From an uncultured Candidatus Saccharibacteria bacterium (GTDB lineage: Bacteria; Patescibacteriota; Saccharimonadia; Saccharimonadales; Saccharimonadaceae), in contig CAZVBN010000001.1 of NCBI GenBank assembly GCA_964625845.1, positions 18,484 through 82,483 on the forward strand: DNA of 64,000 nucleotides, read 5' to 3'. Shown one piece after another: positions 45,857 to 54,433 of the stretch. A model generated the notes under the pieces. That model had not been told where the DNA came from and did not search any database. It was given only the letters and a program-made list of their open reading frames with translations. A program made the translations under genes and the position numbers. Positions within the stretch are counted from its first letter, which is position 1, and every line of letters starts with the position of its first letter.

Positions 45857-46417
45857 CTAAATTGATTTTTTGGAATTTTCGAATTCGTTTTTTGAAAAAT
45901 CCAGTACAAAACCCTCGCAAATCTCAAAAATCTGCGGGAGTTTTTCACTTTCGGCTTTACTGAATTTTGCCAGCACAAAATCCGCCGAATCCATTTTCGC
46001 CAAAAAATCGTTCGCGATGCCGATTTTTACTCGCGGAAAATCTTTACCAAACACCGAAATAAGCGATCTCAATCCGTTATTTCCGGCATCGCTTCCCGAT
46101 TTTCGTGTTCGCACCACACCAAAATCAAGCGACAAATCGTCGTGAATCGCCAAAAAATCGTCCCGAAAATCCACTTTGTAAAAATCGCAAAGCGCGCGCG
46201 CCGAAAATCCAGTTTCGTTGTAGTAGGTTCGCGGTTTTACGAGCAAGATTTTTTCGCCACTCAAAGAAATTTCCGCCAAATCCGCCCGAAATTTCGCTTT
46301 CTCCACGAACTTCGCACCGAATTTTTCCGCCAAAAAATCAGCAAAAGCAAACGCCACATTATGACGTGTGCCTGCGTATTTTTCGGGGAAATTCCCTTGA
46401 AATAGAATTATTTTCAT
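45857..46417 (-). CDS. pth: Peptidyl-tRNA hydrolase
   Basis: 186 aa. GTRHNVAF and GNNGLRS motifs. Confidence 0.9.
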   Translation of the reverse strand: MKIILFQGNFPEKYAGTRHNVAFAFADFLAEKFGAKFVEKAKFRADLAEISLSGEKILLVKPRTYYNETGFSARALCDFYKVDFRDDFLAIHDDLSLDFGVVRTRKSGSDAGNNGLRSLISVFGKDFPRVKIGIANDFLAKMDSADFVLAKFSKAESEKLPQIFEICEGFVLDFSKNEFENSKKSI

Positions 46418-47886
46418 TATTTTTTCGAGATTTCTATGCCCATTTTGGCTAATTTTTCGTCACGTTTTCGTTCGCGTTTATTCGAAATATCGCTGGCTTT
46501 TTTGAGCGCGCCAGAAGCTTTATTGATCGGATCTTTGCCGGCCGCAACGCGAGCGCGGTTTTCTTTGATTTGTTTTTCGTCGCGGAAAGAAAATTTAATT
46601 GGCGTTCCCGAAAAATCAAAATTCTCGCGAATCAAGCGCTCCAAATATCGCTTATAACTCCAGTGGACAAACTTCAAATTCGAACCGTGAATAATAAACC
46701 ACGGCGGATTGCTGTCGCTTTGCGAAATGTATCGAAGTTTCGGATGAGTGTTTTTGAGACCAGCTGGCGGATGTTTTTGCGACGCTTTTTGAAGAAGCTG
46801 ATTCAAAATCGAAGTTTTCGCGATTCGTTTTCGGTTGCGGTCAACTTTCAAAATCAGGTCGAAAATTTTGGTGACATTTTGCCCAGTTTTGCTCGAAGTA
46901 AAAATAAGTGGCGCCCAAGGTGTAAATTTGAAATAATAAGCAATTCGCGGAGCTAACGCGTCGCGAGTGTAAGCGTCTTTACCTTCGACGCTATCCCATT
47001 TACTCACCACGATAATCATCCCTTTGCCGGCGTCGTTAATTAAGCCAGCGATTCGTTGATCGAGCTGAGTATTTAGTTCGTTGGCGTCCATCAAAAGAAG
47101 ACAAATGTCGGCTTCGTCGATCGCGCTCAAAGTTCGAAGCACGGAGAATTTTTCGATTCCAACTTCTTGTTTTCCGGGTTTTCGCATTCCGGCTGTGTCA
47201 ATAATTTCGATTTTTTGCTCGTTGAAGCGAATTTCTGCTCGGTTGACGTCGCGAGTTGTTCCCGCAACATTCGCAACAATCGCCTGTTGTTTGCCCGCCA
47301 AAGTGTTAAACAAGTAAGATTTTCCGGCATTTGGTCGGCCAACTAAAGCGACCTTAATAACATCCTCTTCAGATTTTTCTTCACGAACTTTTGGAATTCG
47401 CTCCGAGATTTCGAAAAGCAAATCCTCAACGCCGGAGTTATGCTCAGCCGAAGTTCGAACGATCGGCTTCACGCCAAGTCGCACAAATTCTTCATTCGAC
47501 AAATTACCTTTGAGATCTGTTTTGTTCAAAACCAAAATCACAGGTTTTCGAGATTTCAATGCTTTTTTCGCGATCAAGCGATCTTCGTTCGAAAACGGCT
47601 TCGTACTATCAAGAACCGCCAAAATCAAATCAGAAGAGTCAACCGCATCTTGAATTTGCTCTTGAATTGTCGCCTCGAATTCATCATTCGGATCTTTCAA
47701 ACCAGCCGTATCAATCAGCCAGAAATTTTGCTTTTTATAAGAAACTTTTCCCAGAACGCTGTCGCGGGTCGTTCCGGCTTCGCGAGCCACAACGGCTTGC
47801 TGAGATTTTAGCATACGATTAAAAAGCGAAGATTTTCCAACATTCGCCTGCCCGACAATCGCAACTTTAGGAAGATTTTTTGACAT
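46417..47886 (-). CDS. der: Ribosome-associated GTPase Der/EngA with a basic C-terminal tail
   Basis: 489 aa. Two G domains (GQANVGKSSLFN, GRPNAGKSYLFN) plus a KH-like domain. Confidence 0.93.
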   Translation of the reverse strand: MSKNLPKVAIVGQANVGKSSLFNRMLKSQQAVVAREAGTTRDSVLGKVSYKKQNFWLIDTAGLKDPNDEFEATIQEQIQDAVDSSDLILAVLDSTKPFSNEDRLIAKKALKSRKPVILVLNKTDLKGNLSNEEFVRLGVKPIVRTSAEHNSGVEDLLFEISERIPKVREEKSEEDVIKVALVGRPNAGKSYLFNTLAGKQQAIVANVAGTTRDVNRAEIRFNEQKIEIIDTAGMRKPGKQEVGIEKFSVLRTLSAIDEADICLLLMDANELNTQLDQRIAGLINDAGKGMIIVVSKWDSVEGKDAYTRDALAPRIAYYFKFTPWAPLIFTSSKTGQNVTKIFDLILKVDRNRKRIAKTSILNQLLQKASQKHPPAGLKNTHPKLRYISQSDSNPPWFIIHGSNLKFVHWSYKRYLERLIRENFDFSGTPIKFSFRDEKQIKENRARVAAGKDPINKASGALKKASDISNKRERKRDEKLAKMGIEISKK

Positions 47887-47933
47887 AATAACTAAATTAT
47901 AACAGATTTCGCAAGAAAAATCAATCCGCGAGA

Positions 47934-48614
47934 TTATTTTACATCAATTTCAAAAAAGTCGCCGCTCAGCAAATCTTCTGGCAAAAAATACGCACCAAAA
48001 ATCGTGCGGTGCAGTTCGCAAACCTCGTAGCCAACAGCCGCAAAAGTTCGACGAATTTGGCGATTTCGACCTTCGCTCATCGAGACTTTCCATTTTTTGC
48101 GCTCGTCATCAAGCCGTTCAAGGCCAAGTTGCGATTTTCCGTCCGGCAAATTAATACCAAAATCAGCGATCATTTGCTGATGAAGCGGAGCGAGTGGCGC
48201 GTTCAATTCGACCAAATATTCTTTGATTTTTCGAAACTTCGGGTGAGTCATTCGAAACGCAAAATCGCCATCATTCGTCAAAAGCAAAAGCCCGCTCGAA
48301 TCTTTATCGAGCCGACCAACCGGTTTCAAACTGTGGTATTTTTTTGGCAAAATCGCATAAATTGTCTCGTTTTCACCTTGTTTTTTTCGCGAGCAAACAT
48401 ATCCGCGCGGTTTATTCATCAATAAATAAACAAATTCTTGCTTTTTTGAAGAGATAATTTTATCACCAAGTTTAATTTCATCCGAACTCAAAAATCTCGC
48501 GCCGAGTTCGGCTTTTTTGCCATTGATTGAGACTTTGCCATTCGAAATCAGCTCATCAGCCTGGCGCCGAGAAATGCCAAGCTGTAAAGCCAAAAACTTG
48601 TTGAGCCTTTCCAC
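47934..48614 (-). CDS. RsuA/RluB-family pseudouridine synthase
   Basis: 226 aa. S4 domain at the N-terminus and catalytic GRLDKDSSGLLLLTNDG. Confidence 0.88.
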   Translation of the reverse strand: MERLNKFLALQLGISRRQADELISNGKVSINGKKAELGARFLSSDEIKLGDKIISSKKQEFVYLLMNKPRGYVCSRKKQGENETIYAILPKKYHSLKPVGRLDKDSSGLLLLTNDGDFAFRMTHPKFRKIKEYLVELNAPLAPLHQQMIADFGINLPDGKSQLGLERLDDERKKWKVSMSEGRNRQIRRTFAAVGYEVCELHRTIFGAYFLPEDLLSGDFFEIDVK

Positions 48615-49688
48615 TTAGCGCGCTCCGAATTGAGGTTGCTCCGAGCTATTCTGTTGAACTGGCTGCTGAGAAAAGTCATCAGAAACCGGTATATCTACAC
48701 TTGTCGATTGTTGAGAAAATCCGCCCAAAACATTCTCGAGTTCTGCCGCAAATTGAGCTTCTCGAGCTTCAGATTCAGGGCTTTGAACTGGCGGCTGAAT
48801 CACTCTTTCGCCCAAACCAGCTGGTCTATCTGTCGAAAACGGAGCCGTCGGCTGAGGGAGTGTGCTTTGCGAAGATTGAGCGTATTGCATTGCTTCATGT
48901 TGATCTGGTAAAAACTGAACCGGAGCGGTTGACTGCGGCTGAACTGGAGTAGCTGGCGCTGGTTGTGGGATTGGTTGTGGTGCCGGTTGAGACATTTGTG
49001 CTGGTTGTGGCGCAACCGGTCGAGTAATTGGTTGCGGCGCTGGACGATTAAGGTTAGATAAAGTTGGAACTTCTCTAGTCGGTTGCGGAGCAGATGTTCT
49101 TGGCGCAGAAAAATTCTGCTGACTAAAATCAATATCGCTTTGAACCGGGGTAGTTGGTTGTGGCCGAACTGGAGTTTGTGGGTCCTGAACTGGAGTAGCT
49201 GGAGCTGGTTGTGGGATTTGTGCCGGCTGCAGATCCCGAGCAGGCTGTTCAACAGTAGGCGTACTCTCTTCTTGAGAAGGTGCGTTTTTGTCGGCAATTC
49301 GCTGTTCAGCAGTCAAATGGCCATCACCTAAAACTTCATGAACCGTTTTTACGACATCTTCAATGCCGACCTGCGACTTCACCAGATACCTGTCAGCGCC
49401 AAGCTGTTCGCCACGCTTTCGCTGATCTTCACTCGATAGCGCGGTCATCATGATAACCTTAATTCCGCGTGTTGGCGGATTGGCGCGCAAAATATCCAGC
49501 ATATCAAATCCTGAAACTCGCGGCATCATCACATCGCTAATAATCAAATTAGGCAATTCTTTTACCGCCATCGCTAGCGCTTCTTCGCCGTCGCCCGCCG
49601 AAACAATGTCGTAACCTTCTGCGAGCAATCGAACGCCATAAATTTCTCGCAAGCTTTTGTCGTCTTCTACCAATAAAATCTTTGTCAT
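48615..49688 (-). CDS. Response regulator, receiver domain only, with a Pro/Gln-rich tail of about 235 aa
   Basis: 357 aa. REC domain (ILLVEDD..., DVMMPRVSGFD, KVIMMTA, K at YLVKS). Low-complexity PQPAPATPVQ-type sequence follows, with no recognisable output domain. Confidence 0.85.
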   Translation of the reverse strand: MTKILLVEDDKSLREIYGVRLLAEGYDIVSAGDGEEALAMAVKELPNLIISDVMMPRVSGFDMLDILRANPPTRGIKVIMMTALSSEDQRKRGEQLGADRYLVKSQVGIEDVVKTVHEVLGDGHLTAEQRIADKNAPSQEESTPTVEQPARDLQPAQIPQPAPATPVQDPQTPVRPQPTTPVQSDIDFSQQNFSAPRTSAPQPTREVPTLSNLNRPAPQPITRPVAPQPAQMSQPAPQPIPQPAPATPVQPQSTAPVQFLPDQHEAMQYAQSSQSTLPQPTAPFSTDRPAGLGERVIQPPVQSPESEAREAQFAAELENVLGGFSQQSTSVDIPVSDDFSQQPVQQNSSEQPQFGAR

Positions 49689-49741
49689 ACTACTCCTATT
49701 ATATATTATTTTGAAAGTTTTTCCATAGTTTTTTATGCTTA

Positions 49742-51385
49742 TTATTTTATATTTTGGCGCTCGGCAACCATCCTTTTTACGTATTCTTCGCGCATTTTTT
49801 CGATATCAGAAAGTGTTGGTGGGTTGTTCTGGGCGGGATGGTTGTATGTTTCTGGCGGTGAAATGTTTTGTGGCTGGGCGGGAATATCTTGAGCGGGCGA
49901 GGCCGGTTGAGATTCTTGCGGAAAATATGGATTTTGCGCGTTTTGGTAATTTTGTCGAGACCTTTCTTCGCGCATTTTCGCGTCGTTTGCGGCTTTTTGT
50001 TTGGCGTAATACTGCTGTAATTGATACTCGCGAATGGCTTGCTCCTGCGAAAAATACTGCGCAGGCGAAGTTTGAGAATCTTGAGTTGGCCCTTGCTCAA
50101 CACTTTGATTTTTTATGGATTCTATTTCTTTGGTGTTTTCGATAATTTCTTTCGAGCTGTCAAAAATCTGATCTTTATTTTCCGCTTTTGCTTCGGCTTG
50201 AGATTTTTCGAGCTCTTTTTCTTTGAATTTTTCGGCTTGTTCGCGCGTCAATCTTGGCAAACTAACAGTAAAAACGCTCCCTTTTTGATATTCACTCTCC
50301 AAAGAAAGTTTTCCGTTCATAGACTCCACCAATTTTCGTGAAAGATAAAGCCCCAGTCCCGTTCCGCCGATTTCGCGAGTTTCGGAGTTGTCGACGCGGT
50401 AGAATTTCTGGAACAGATGCGGAATATCTTCGGCCGGAATGCCGATTCCTGAATCTCTAACAGATATAAATACGTTTTGATTATCACCCGAAACGCTCAC
50501 CGAAACCTTGCCTTTTGGTGTGTATTTTATGGCATTTTCGAATAAATTATCAAGAACTTCGTGCAAATGATCTTTATCAACGTGAATAAAATAAACTGGC
50601 GACAGGATTTTTTCTCCTGATTTTTTTTCATCAAGTTCAAAAACATAATCCAAACCTTTGTCGCTAGCCTTCGCACGCAGTCCATCCCAAATATTTCGCG
50701 AAAATTCAACCGCATCCAAAACCACCGGCTCGTTTTTCAGGCGACCGTCTTCAGCCTTAGTGATGTCCAGCAAATCCTGAAAAAGCTGACCCAAATGCTG
50801 CGTGTTTTCGTGGGCTTTTTCGAGGTATTTTTTTGCTCGCTCGTCAATTGTGGCAGTGGCTGGATTAAGCGCAAGACCGATGTAGCCTTCGATACTCGCA
50901 ACTGGCGTGCGCATTTCATGGCTGGCGGTCGAAATAAACTCAGTTTGTTCGCGATTTTCCTGAAGTTCTTTTGCTATATTTCGAAAAACCACAACCAAAC
51001 CGGTTTTTTGTTCGTCGATTGAATTTATCCTGATAAAAATCGGGGTGTTTTTTCCGCTTTGAGTTTTGGCGAACAGTTCTCGACTAGTGAAACATTCAAA
51101 ATTCACCAAAGCCTTACGAATTGGATTTTGCTCTCTAGAAAAAAGATTTCCATCCCTGTCGCACAACAAAAAAACAGATTCAAAAACTAAACCAGTCGCA
51201 TCGCCATTACTCCAGCCGATCATTTCTTCGGCGGCTTGGTTGATAATTCGGATATTTCCGTCTGGATCGATCGCCAAAACGCCGTCATCAATCGCGCTCA
51301 AAACAGCCTGTCCGTCACCCCAAGCGCCGTCAGATTTTCGGTTTTTTGCTAAATCTTGTTTCTTAAATATCCCAAACATTCCCAA
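49742..51385 (-). CDS. Soluble PAS-domain sensor histidine kinase with a Gln-rich C-terminal extension
   Basis: 547 aa. No TM helix. PAS (AIDPDGNIRIINQAAEEMIGW), H-box SHEMRTPV, and N, G1, G2 boxes (DSGIGIP, GGTGLGL). About 170 aa of low-complexity tail follow. Confidence 0.88.
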   Translation of the reverse strand: MGMFGIFKKQDLAKNRKSDGAWGDGQAVLSAIDDGVLAIDPDGNIRIINQAAEEMIGWSNGDATGLVFESVFLLCDRDGNLFSREQNPIRKALVNFECFTSRELFAKTQSGKNTPIFIRINSIDEQKTGLVVVFRNIAKELQENREQTEFISTASHEMRTPVASIEGYIGLALNPATATIDERAKKYLEKAHENTQHLGQLFQDLLDITKAEDGRLKNEPVVLDAVEFSRNIWDGLRAKASDKGLDYVFELDEKKSGEKILSPVYFIHVDKDHLHEVLDNLFENAIKYTPKGKVSVSVSGDNQNVFISVRDSGIGIPAEDIPHLFQKFYRVDNSETREIGGTGLGLYLSRKLVESMNGKLSLESEYQKGSVFTVSLPRLTREQAEKFKEKELEKSQAEAKAENKDQIFDSSKEIIENTKEIESIKNQSVEQGPTQDSQTSPAQYFSQEQAIREYQLQQYYAKQKAANDAKMREERSRQNYQNAQNPYFPQESQPASPAQDIPAQPQNISPPETYNHPAQNNPPTLSDIEKMREEYVKRMVAERQNIK

Positions 51386-51434
51386 CCCTTTAATGCTTCA
51401 ATTTTATCACAGTTTTATCTAAAAATCAAACCGC

Positions 51435-51686
51435 TTATGCTTGGGAAAACCAAATAAAATAGCCCAGCGCAATCAAAAAAGCAACACCAAGTAACAACCA
51501 AACAAGCGCCAAACCAGTCGTTTCTTTTGTGTTTTCAAGATATTTTGAATCTTCGGGCGAGAATCCCGCCGTCTCAGGCTTGTCGCCGCCAGCCAACGAA
51601 TTTTTTACCGCTTTTTCGCGCAAATCCGCCGCGATTCTCTCCTGTAATTTAGTTTTGTTATTTTCCTGTTCTACATATAAAGCCAT
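51435..51686 (-). CDS. Small tail-anchored membrane protein
   Basis: 83 aa. Polar N-terminal half and C-terminal TM helix LALVWLLLGVAFLIALGYFIWF. Confidence 0.45.
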   Translation of the reverse strand: MALYVEQENNKTKLQERIAADLREKAVKNSLAGGDKPETAGFSPEDSKYLENTKETTGLALVWLLLGVAFLIALGYFIWFSQA

Positions 51687-51718
51687 AATATTTATATTTT
51701 ATCATAAGCATCAAAATT

Positions 51719-51747
51719 TTGAAAATTTAAACAGATTATGCTAAAAT
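51719..51747 (+). promoter_or_regulatory. Promoter of the aquaporin gene
   Basis: TTGAAA-17-TAAAAT. An AAAGGAGG SD precedes the ATG at 51775. Confidence 0.55.
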
Positions 51748-51774
51748 GGTAAAGTATAATTTAAAGGAGGAAAA

Positions 51775-52617
51775 ATGGCAAAAAAGAAAGCCACTTCAAA
51801 AAAATCCGTCGCAAAAACCACAGTAAAAGCTGAAAAAGCGACAGTAAAATCAGTTAAAAAAGTAGAATCAACCGCAAAAATCGCGTCAAGTTCTGTGTCT
51901 CTTCTCGATAGAATTTCACAGCCAAAAGTTCTCGCTTCATTGGCTGCCGAATTCGTCGGAACATTTTTGCTTACAGCGATAATTTTAGCCAGCTCAGGTC
52001 AACCTTTGGCGTTGATTTTTGGACTAATGGCTATCGTGTTGATCGTCGGCAACGTTTCTGGCGCGCACGTCAATCCACTTATTACGGTTGGCGCTTGGGC
52101 AACAAAACGAATCGGCCACTTCAAAATGCTTGGCTATATCATCGCACAACTTTTGGGTGCCATGCTAGCGTTTGTAGTATTAAAAGCCTTTGTTGACGCT
52201 GCTCCAGCCGTTTCGCAAGAAGCGCTCTACTACGGCGAAACTGCGGCTTCGCTATTTACCGCAAGCAAAATTCCAGCTGGTTATGAGTGGGGAATTCTCC
52301 TTGCCGAACTTCTCGGATCATTTATTTTTGCTTTCGCCGTTGCTCACGTAACTGCCGACAAAAAACACAATTCGACATCTGTTGCGCTTGGCGTTGGTGG
52401 CGGTTTGTTTGTAGCGGTTATGATCGCATCTTCAGCAGCAAATATGCTAAAAGGAAGTTCAATCTTGAACCCAGCTGCAGCCATCGCGCTCCAAGCCTTC
52501 ACAGTTAAAGAAACCAACACGCTTTGGGCTATCGCAATTTACGTTGGCGCAGCACTAATTGGTGGACTAGCAGGATTCGGATTTAGCGAACTTCTTCGTA
52601 AAAATTCAGAAAAATAA
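51775..52617 (+). CDS. MIP-family channel (aquaporin/glycerol facilitator) with a Lys-rich N-terminal extension
   Basis: 280 aa. The first NPA box is NPL (SGAHVNPLITV) and the second is NPA (ILNPAAAIA). About 50 aa of Lys/Ala/Ser/Thr-rich head. Confidence 0.85.
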   Translation: MAKKKATSKKSVAKTTVKAEKATVKSVKKVESTAKIASSSVSLLDRISQPKVLASLAAEFVGTFLLTAIILASSGQPLALIFGLMAIVLIVGNVSGAHVNPLITVGAWATKRIGHFKMLGYIIAQLLGAMLAFVVLKAFVDAAPAVSQEALYYGETAASLFTASKIPAGYEWGILLAELLGSFIFAFAVAHVTADKKHNSTSVALGVGGGLFVAVMIASSAANMLKGSSILNPAAAIALQAFTVKETNTLWAIAIYVGAALIGGLAGFGFSELLRKNSEK

Positions 52618-52634
52618 TCCCACAAAAATAAAAT

Positions 52635-52672
52635 AAATCAGCCTTCATTTCGAAAGGCTGATTTATTTTATT
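52635..52672. terminator. Hairpin terminator between convergent genes
   Basis: AAATCAGCCTT-loop-AAGGCTGATTT followed by ATTTTATT. It overlaps the rmuC stop. Confidence 0.6.
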
Positions 52673-53801
52673 CGCCGAGTTGCGGCTTGTCAATTTGCTG
52701 CGGATCCACGCCCGAAGCCGAACTTTCGCCAGCGATTCGCACAACATCTTTGTCGATTTTGCCAAGTTCGCGATGCGCGTTATTGTAATGACCAACTGTC
52801 GTACCGAGCGATTTTCCGAGCTTAGTCATCAGATCTTCATATTTTTGAATATGAACTGAAAGCTGTCCGACGCGTTTTTGGATCTCTTTGCTTTGCTCTT
52901 CAATTTGAAGCGATTTCAAGCCCTGCAAAACTGTTTGAAGATACGCCATAAAACTGGTTGGGCTCACAACAATCACGCGCTTGTCGCCAAAAGCATATTC
53001 GATTAAATCGCGCTCGCTGCCACCCGCGCCGACTTTTCCGACCAGCATATCATAATAAAGGCTCTCGCTCGGGATAAACATAAACGCAAAATCCATCGTG
53101 TTTTCGCTTGGGCGGATGTATTTAGAAGTTTCGTCGATGCGTTTTTTCAGATCGTCGCGAACCTTTTTTTCGAGCAATTTTCGTTCTTCGCCGTCCGCTT
53201 CGAGCATTCGATTGTAATTTTCGAGGCTAAATTTCGAATCGACCGGCAAAATTTTATTTTTGTCCAAAAAAATAGCTGCGTCCACAATTTCGCCATTTTC
53301 GAACTTATATTGAAGCGAAAAAGCATTCGGCGGCAAGATATTTTCGAGAACTTGTCGCAAATAAAACTCGCCAAAAACTCCGCGCTGCTTTGGATTTTGA
53401 AGCACATTTTGAAGTGTTTTCAGCTCGCTCGCCACATCGACAACGCGCTTGTTGGTTTCGTCCAGCTTCGTCAAACGCTTGCTAACTTCATCGACGATTT
53501 TCGTGCTTTCTGAAAGCTGTTTTTGAACCGAATTTTGAATCTGAAGATTATTTCGCTCCAACTTTTCGCTAACTTTTTCGTTCAGATTGGTAAAATTTTC
53601 CCCGAATTTTTCGGTCATCGAAAGCAAAGTTTTATTCAGCTCGATCAAATCTGTCTTCATCATATTTAGCGACGCTGTTTTTTCGAGATTTTCGCGATCA
53701 AGATTTTCGCGAACGTTTTTTTCGATTTTCGAAACTGCAAAAAATCCAAAAATCCCAATCAAAACTACAACCGCCAAAATCACCCAAATTAAAATTTCCA
53801 T
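52668..53801 (-). CDS. rmuC: DNA recombination protein RmuC
   Basis: 377 aa. N-terminal TM helix, coiled coil, and a C-terminal RmuC nuclease-like domain (DFAFMFIPSESLYY, VIVVSPTSFMAYL). Confidence 0.85.
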   Translation of the reverse strand: MEILIWVILAVVVLIGIFGFFAVSKIEKNVRENLDRENLEKTASLNMMKTDLIELNKTLLSMTEKFGENFTNLNEKVSEKLERNNLQIQNSVQKQLSESTKIVDEVSKRLTKLDETNKRVVDVASELKTLQNVLQNPKQRGVFGEFYLRQVLENILPPNAFSLQYKFENGEIVDAAIFLDKNKILPVDSKFSLENYNRMLEADGEERKLLEKKVRDDLKKRIDETSKYIRPSENTMDFAFMFIPSESLYYDMLVGKVGAGGSERDLIEYAFGDKRVIVVSPTSFMAYLQTVLQGLKSLQIEEQSKEIQKRVGQLSVHIQKYEDLMTKLGKSLGTTVGHYNNAHRELGKIDKDVVRIAGESSASGVDPQQIDKPQLGE

Positions 53802-53842
53802 TTTTCCTCCCTTTTCTTAGCTTCAATTATATCAAATTTCGC

Positions 53843-53875
53843 CAAAATAAAAAAGCGACGATTTTATTCGCCGCT
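53843..53875 (-). terminator. Intrinsic terminator after greA
   Basis: Minus strand reads AGCGGCGA-loop-UCGUCGCU followed by UUUUUAUUUU. Confidence 0.55.
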
Positions 53876-53886
53876 TCGTGTTTGCG

Positions 53887-54339
53887 CTAACCAATTGCCA
53901 CAAGCTGAACTGTTCGCATACTCATTCCGCCAGCCGACCAACTGATGATTTCGTTGACTTTTCGGCCAAGCAAACTTCTGCCGAGCGGACTTTCTGCCGA
54001 AATTCGCCCGCTCAAAGGATCAGCCTCGATGCTTTCGACCAGCTGAAATCGCATGATTTTTCCTGTCGCTTTATCGAGAAGCTCCACAAACGAGCCGAGC
54101 GCAACTTTGACGCTATTTTTGCGTTTCGGTAAGATTTTGGCGTTGTGAATTTGAAAACGTTTTTCGCTCAAATCAGATTGAATCGCATCAAGTCGCGCCA
54201 TAATTTCACTTTGACGAATTGCATCGTCGCGCACGTCGTCGTGGCGAAGTTCGAGCTCCAGCATTCGTTCTTCATGCTCCAATTTTGAGATTTTTCTCCT
54301 TAATTCTTTTAGTCCTTGTTTCGATAAATAAATTTTCAT
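53887..54339 (-). CDS. greA: Transcription elongation factor GreA
   Basis: 150 aa. N-terminal coiled coil and C-terminal ISAESPLGRSLLGRKVNE. Confidence 0.85.
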   Translation of the reverse strand: MKIYLSKQGLKELRRKISKLEHEERMLELELRHDDVRDDAIRQSEIMARLDAIQSDLSEKRFQIHNAKILPKRKNSVKVALGSFVELLDKATGKIMRFQLVESIEADPLSGRISAESPLGRSLLGRKVNEIISWSAGGMSMRTVQLVAIG

Positions 54340-54396
54340 TCTTCCTCCTTTGTAGTTTTTGGGCTACATTTTTATTATAAAATGCTACGCTTAAAT

Positions 54397-54425
54397 TTGG
54401 CTTAAAATTTAAAAAATGATACAAT
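54397..54425 (+). promoter_or_regulatory. Promoter of the LtaS-like gene, leaderless configuration
   Basis: TTGGCT-17-TACAAT-8 nt-ATG (54434). The track ORF Met at 54416 lies inside the promoter spacer. Confidence 0.5.
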
Positions 54426-54433
54426 ATAAATAT

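Noticed and set aside
48939-49218. A 34-nt direct repeat that could suggest a CRISPR array or other repeat array.
   Set aside because: There are only two copies, 212 nt apart. Both are in frame inside the response-regulator tail and encode the same peptide. There are no further repeats and no cas genes.
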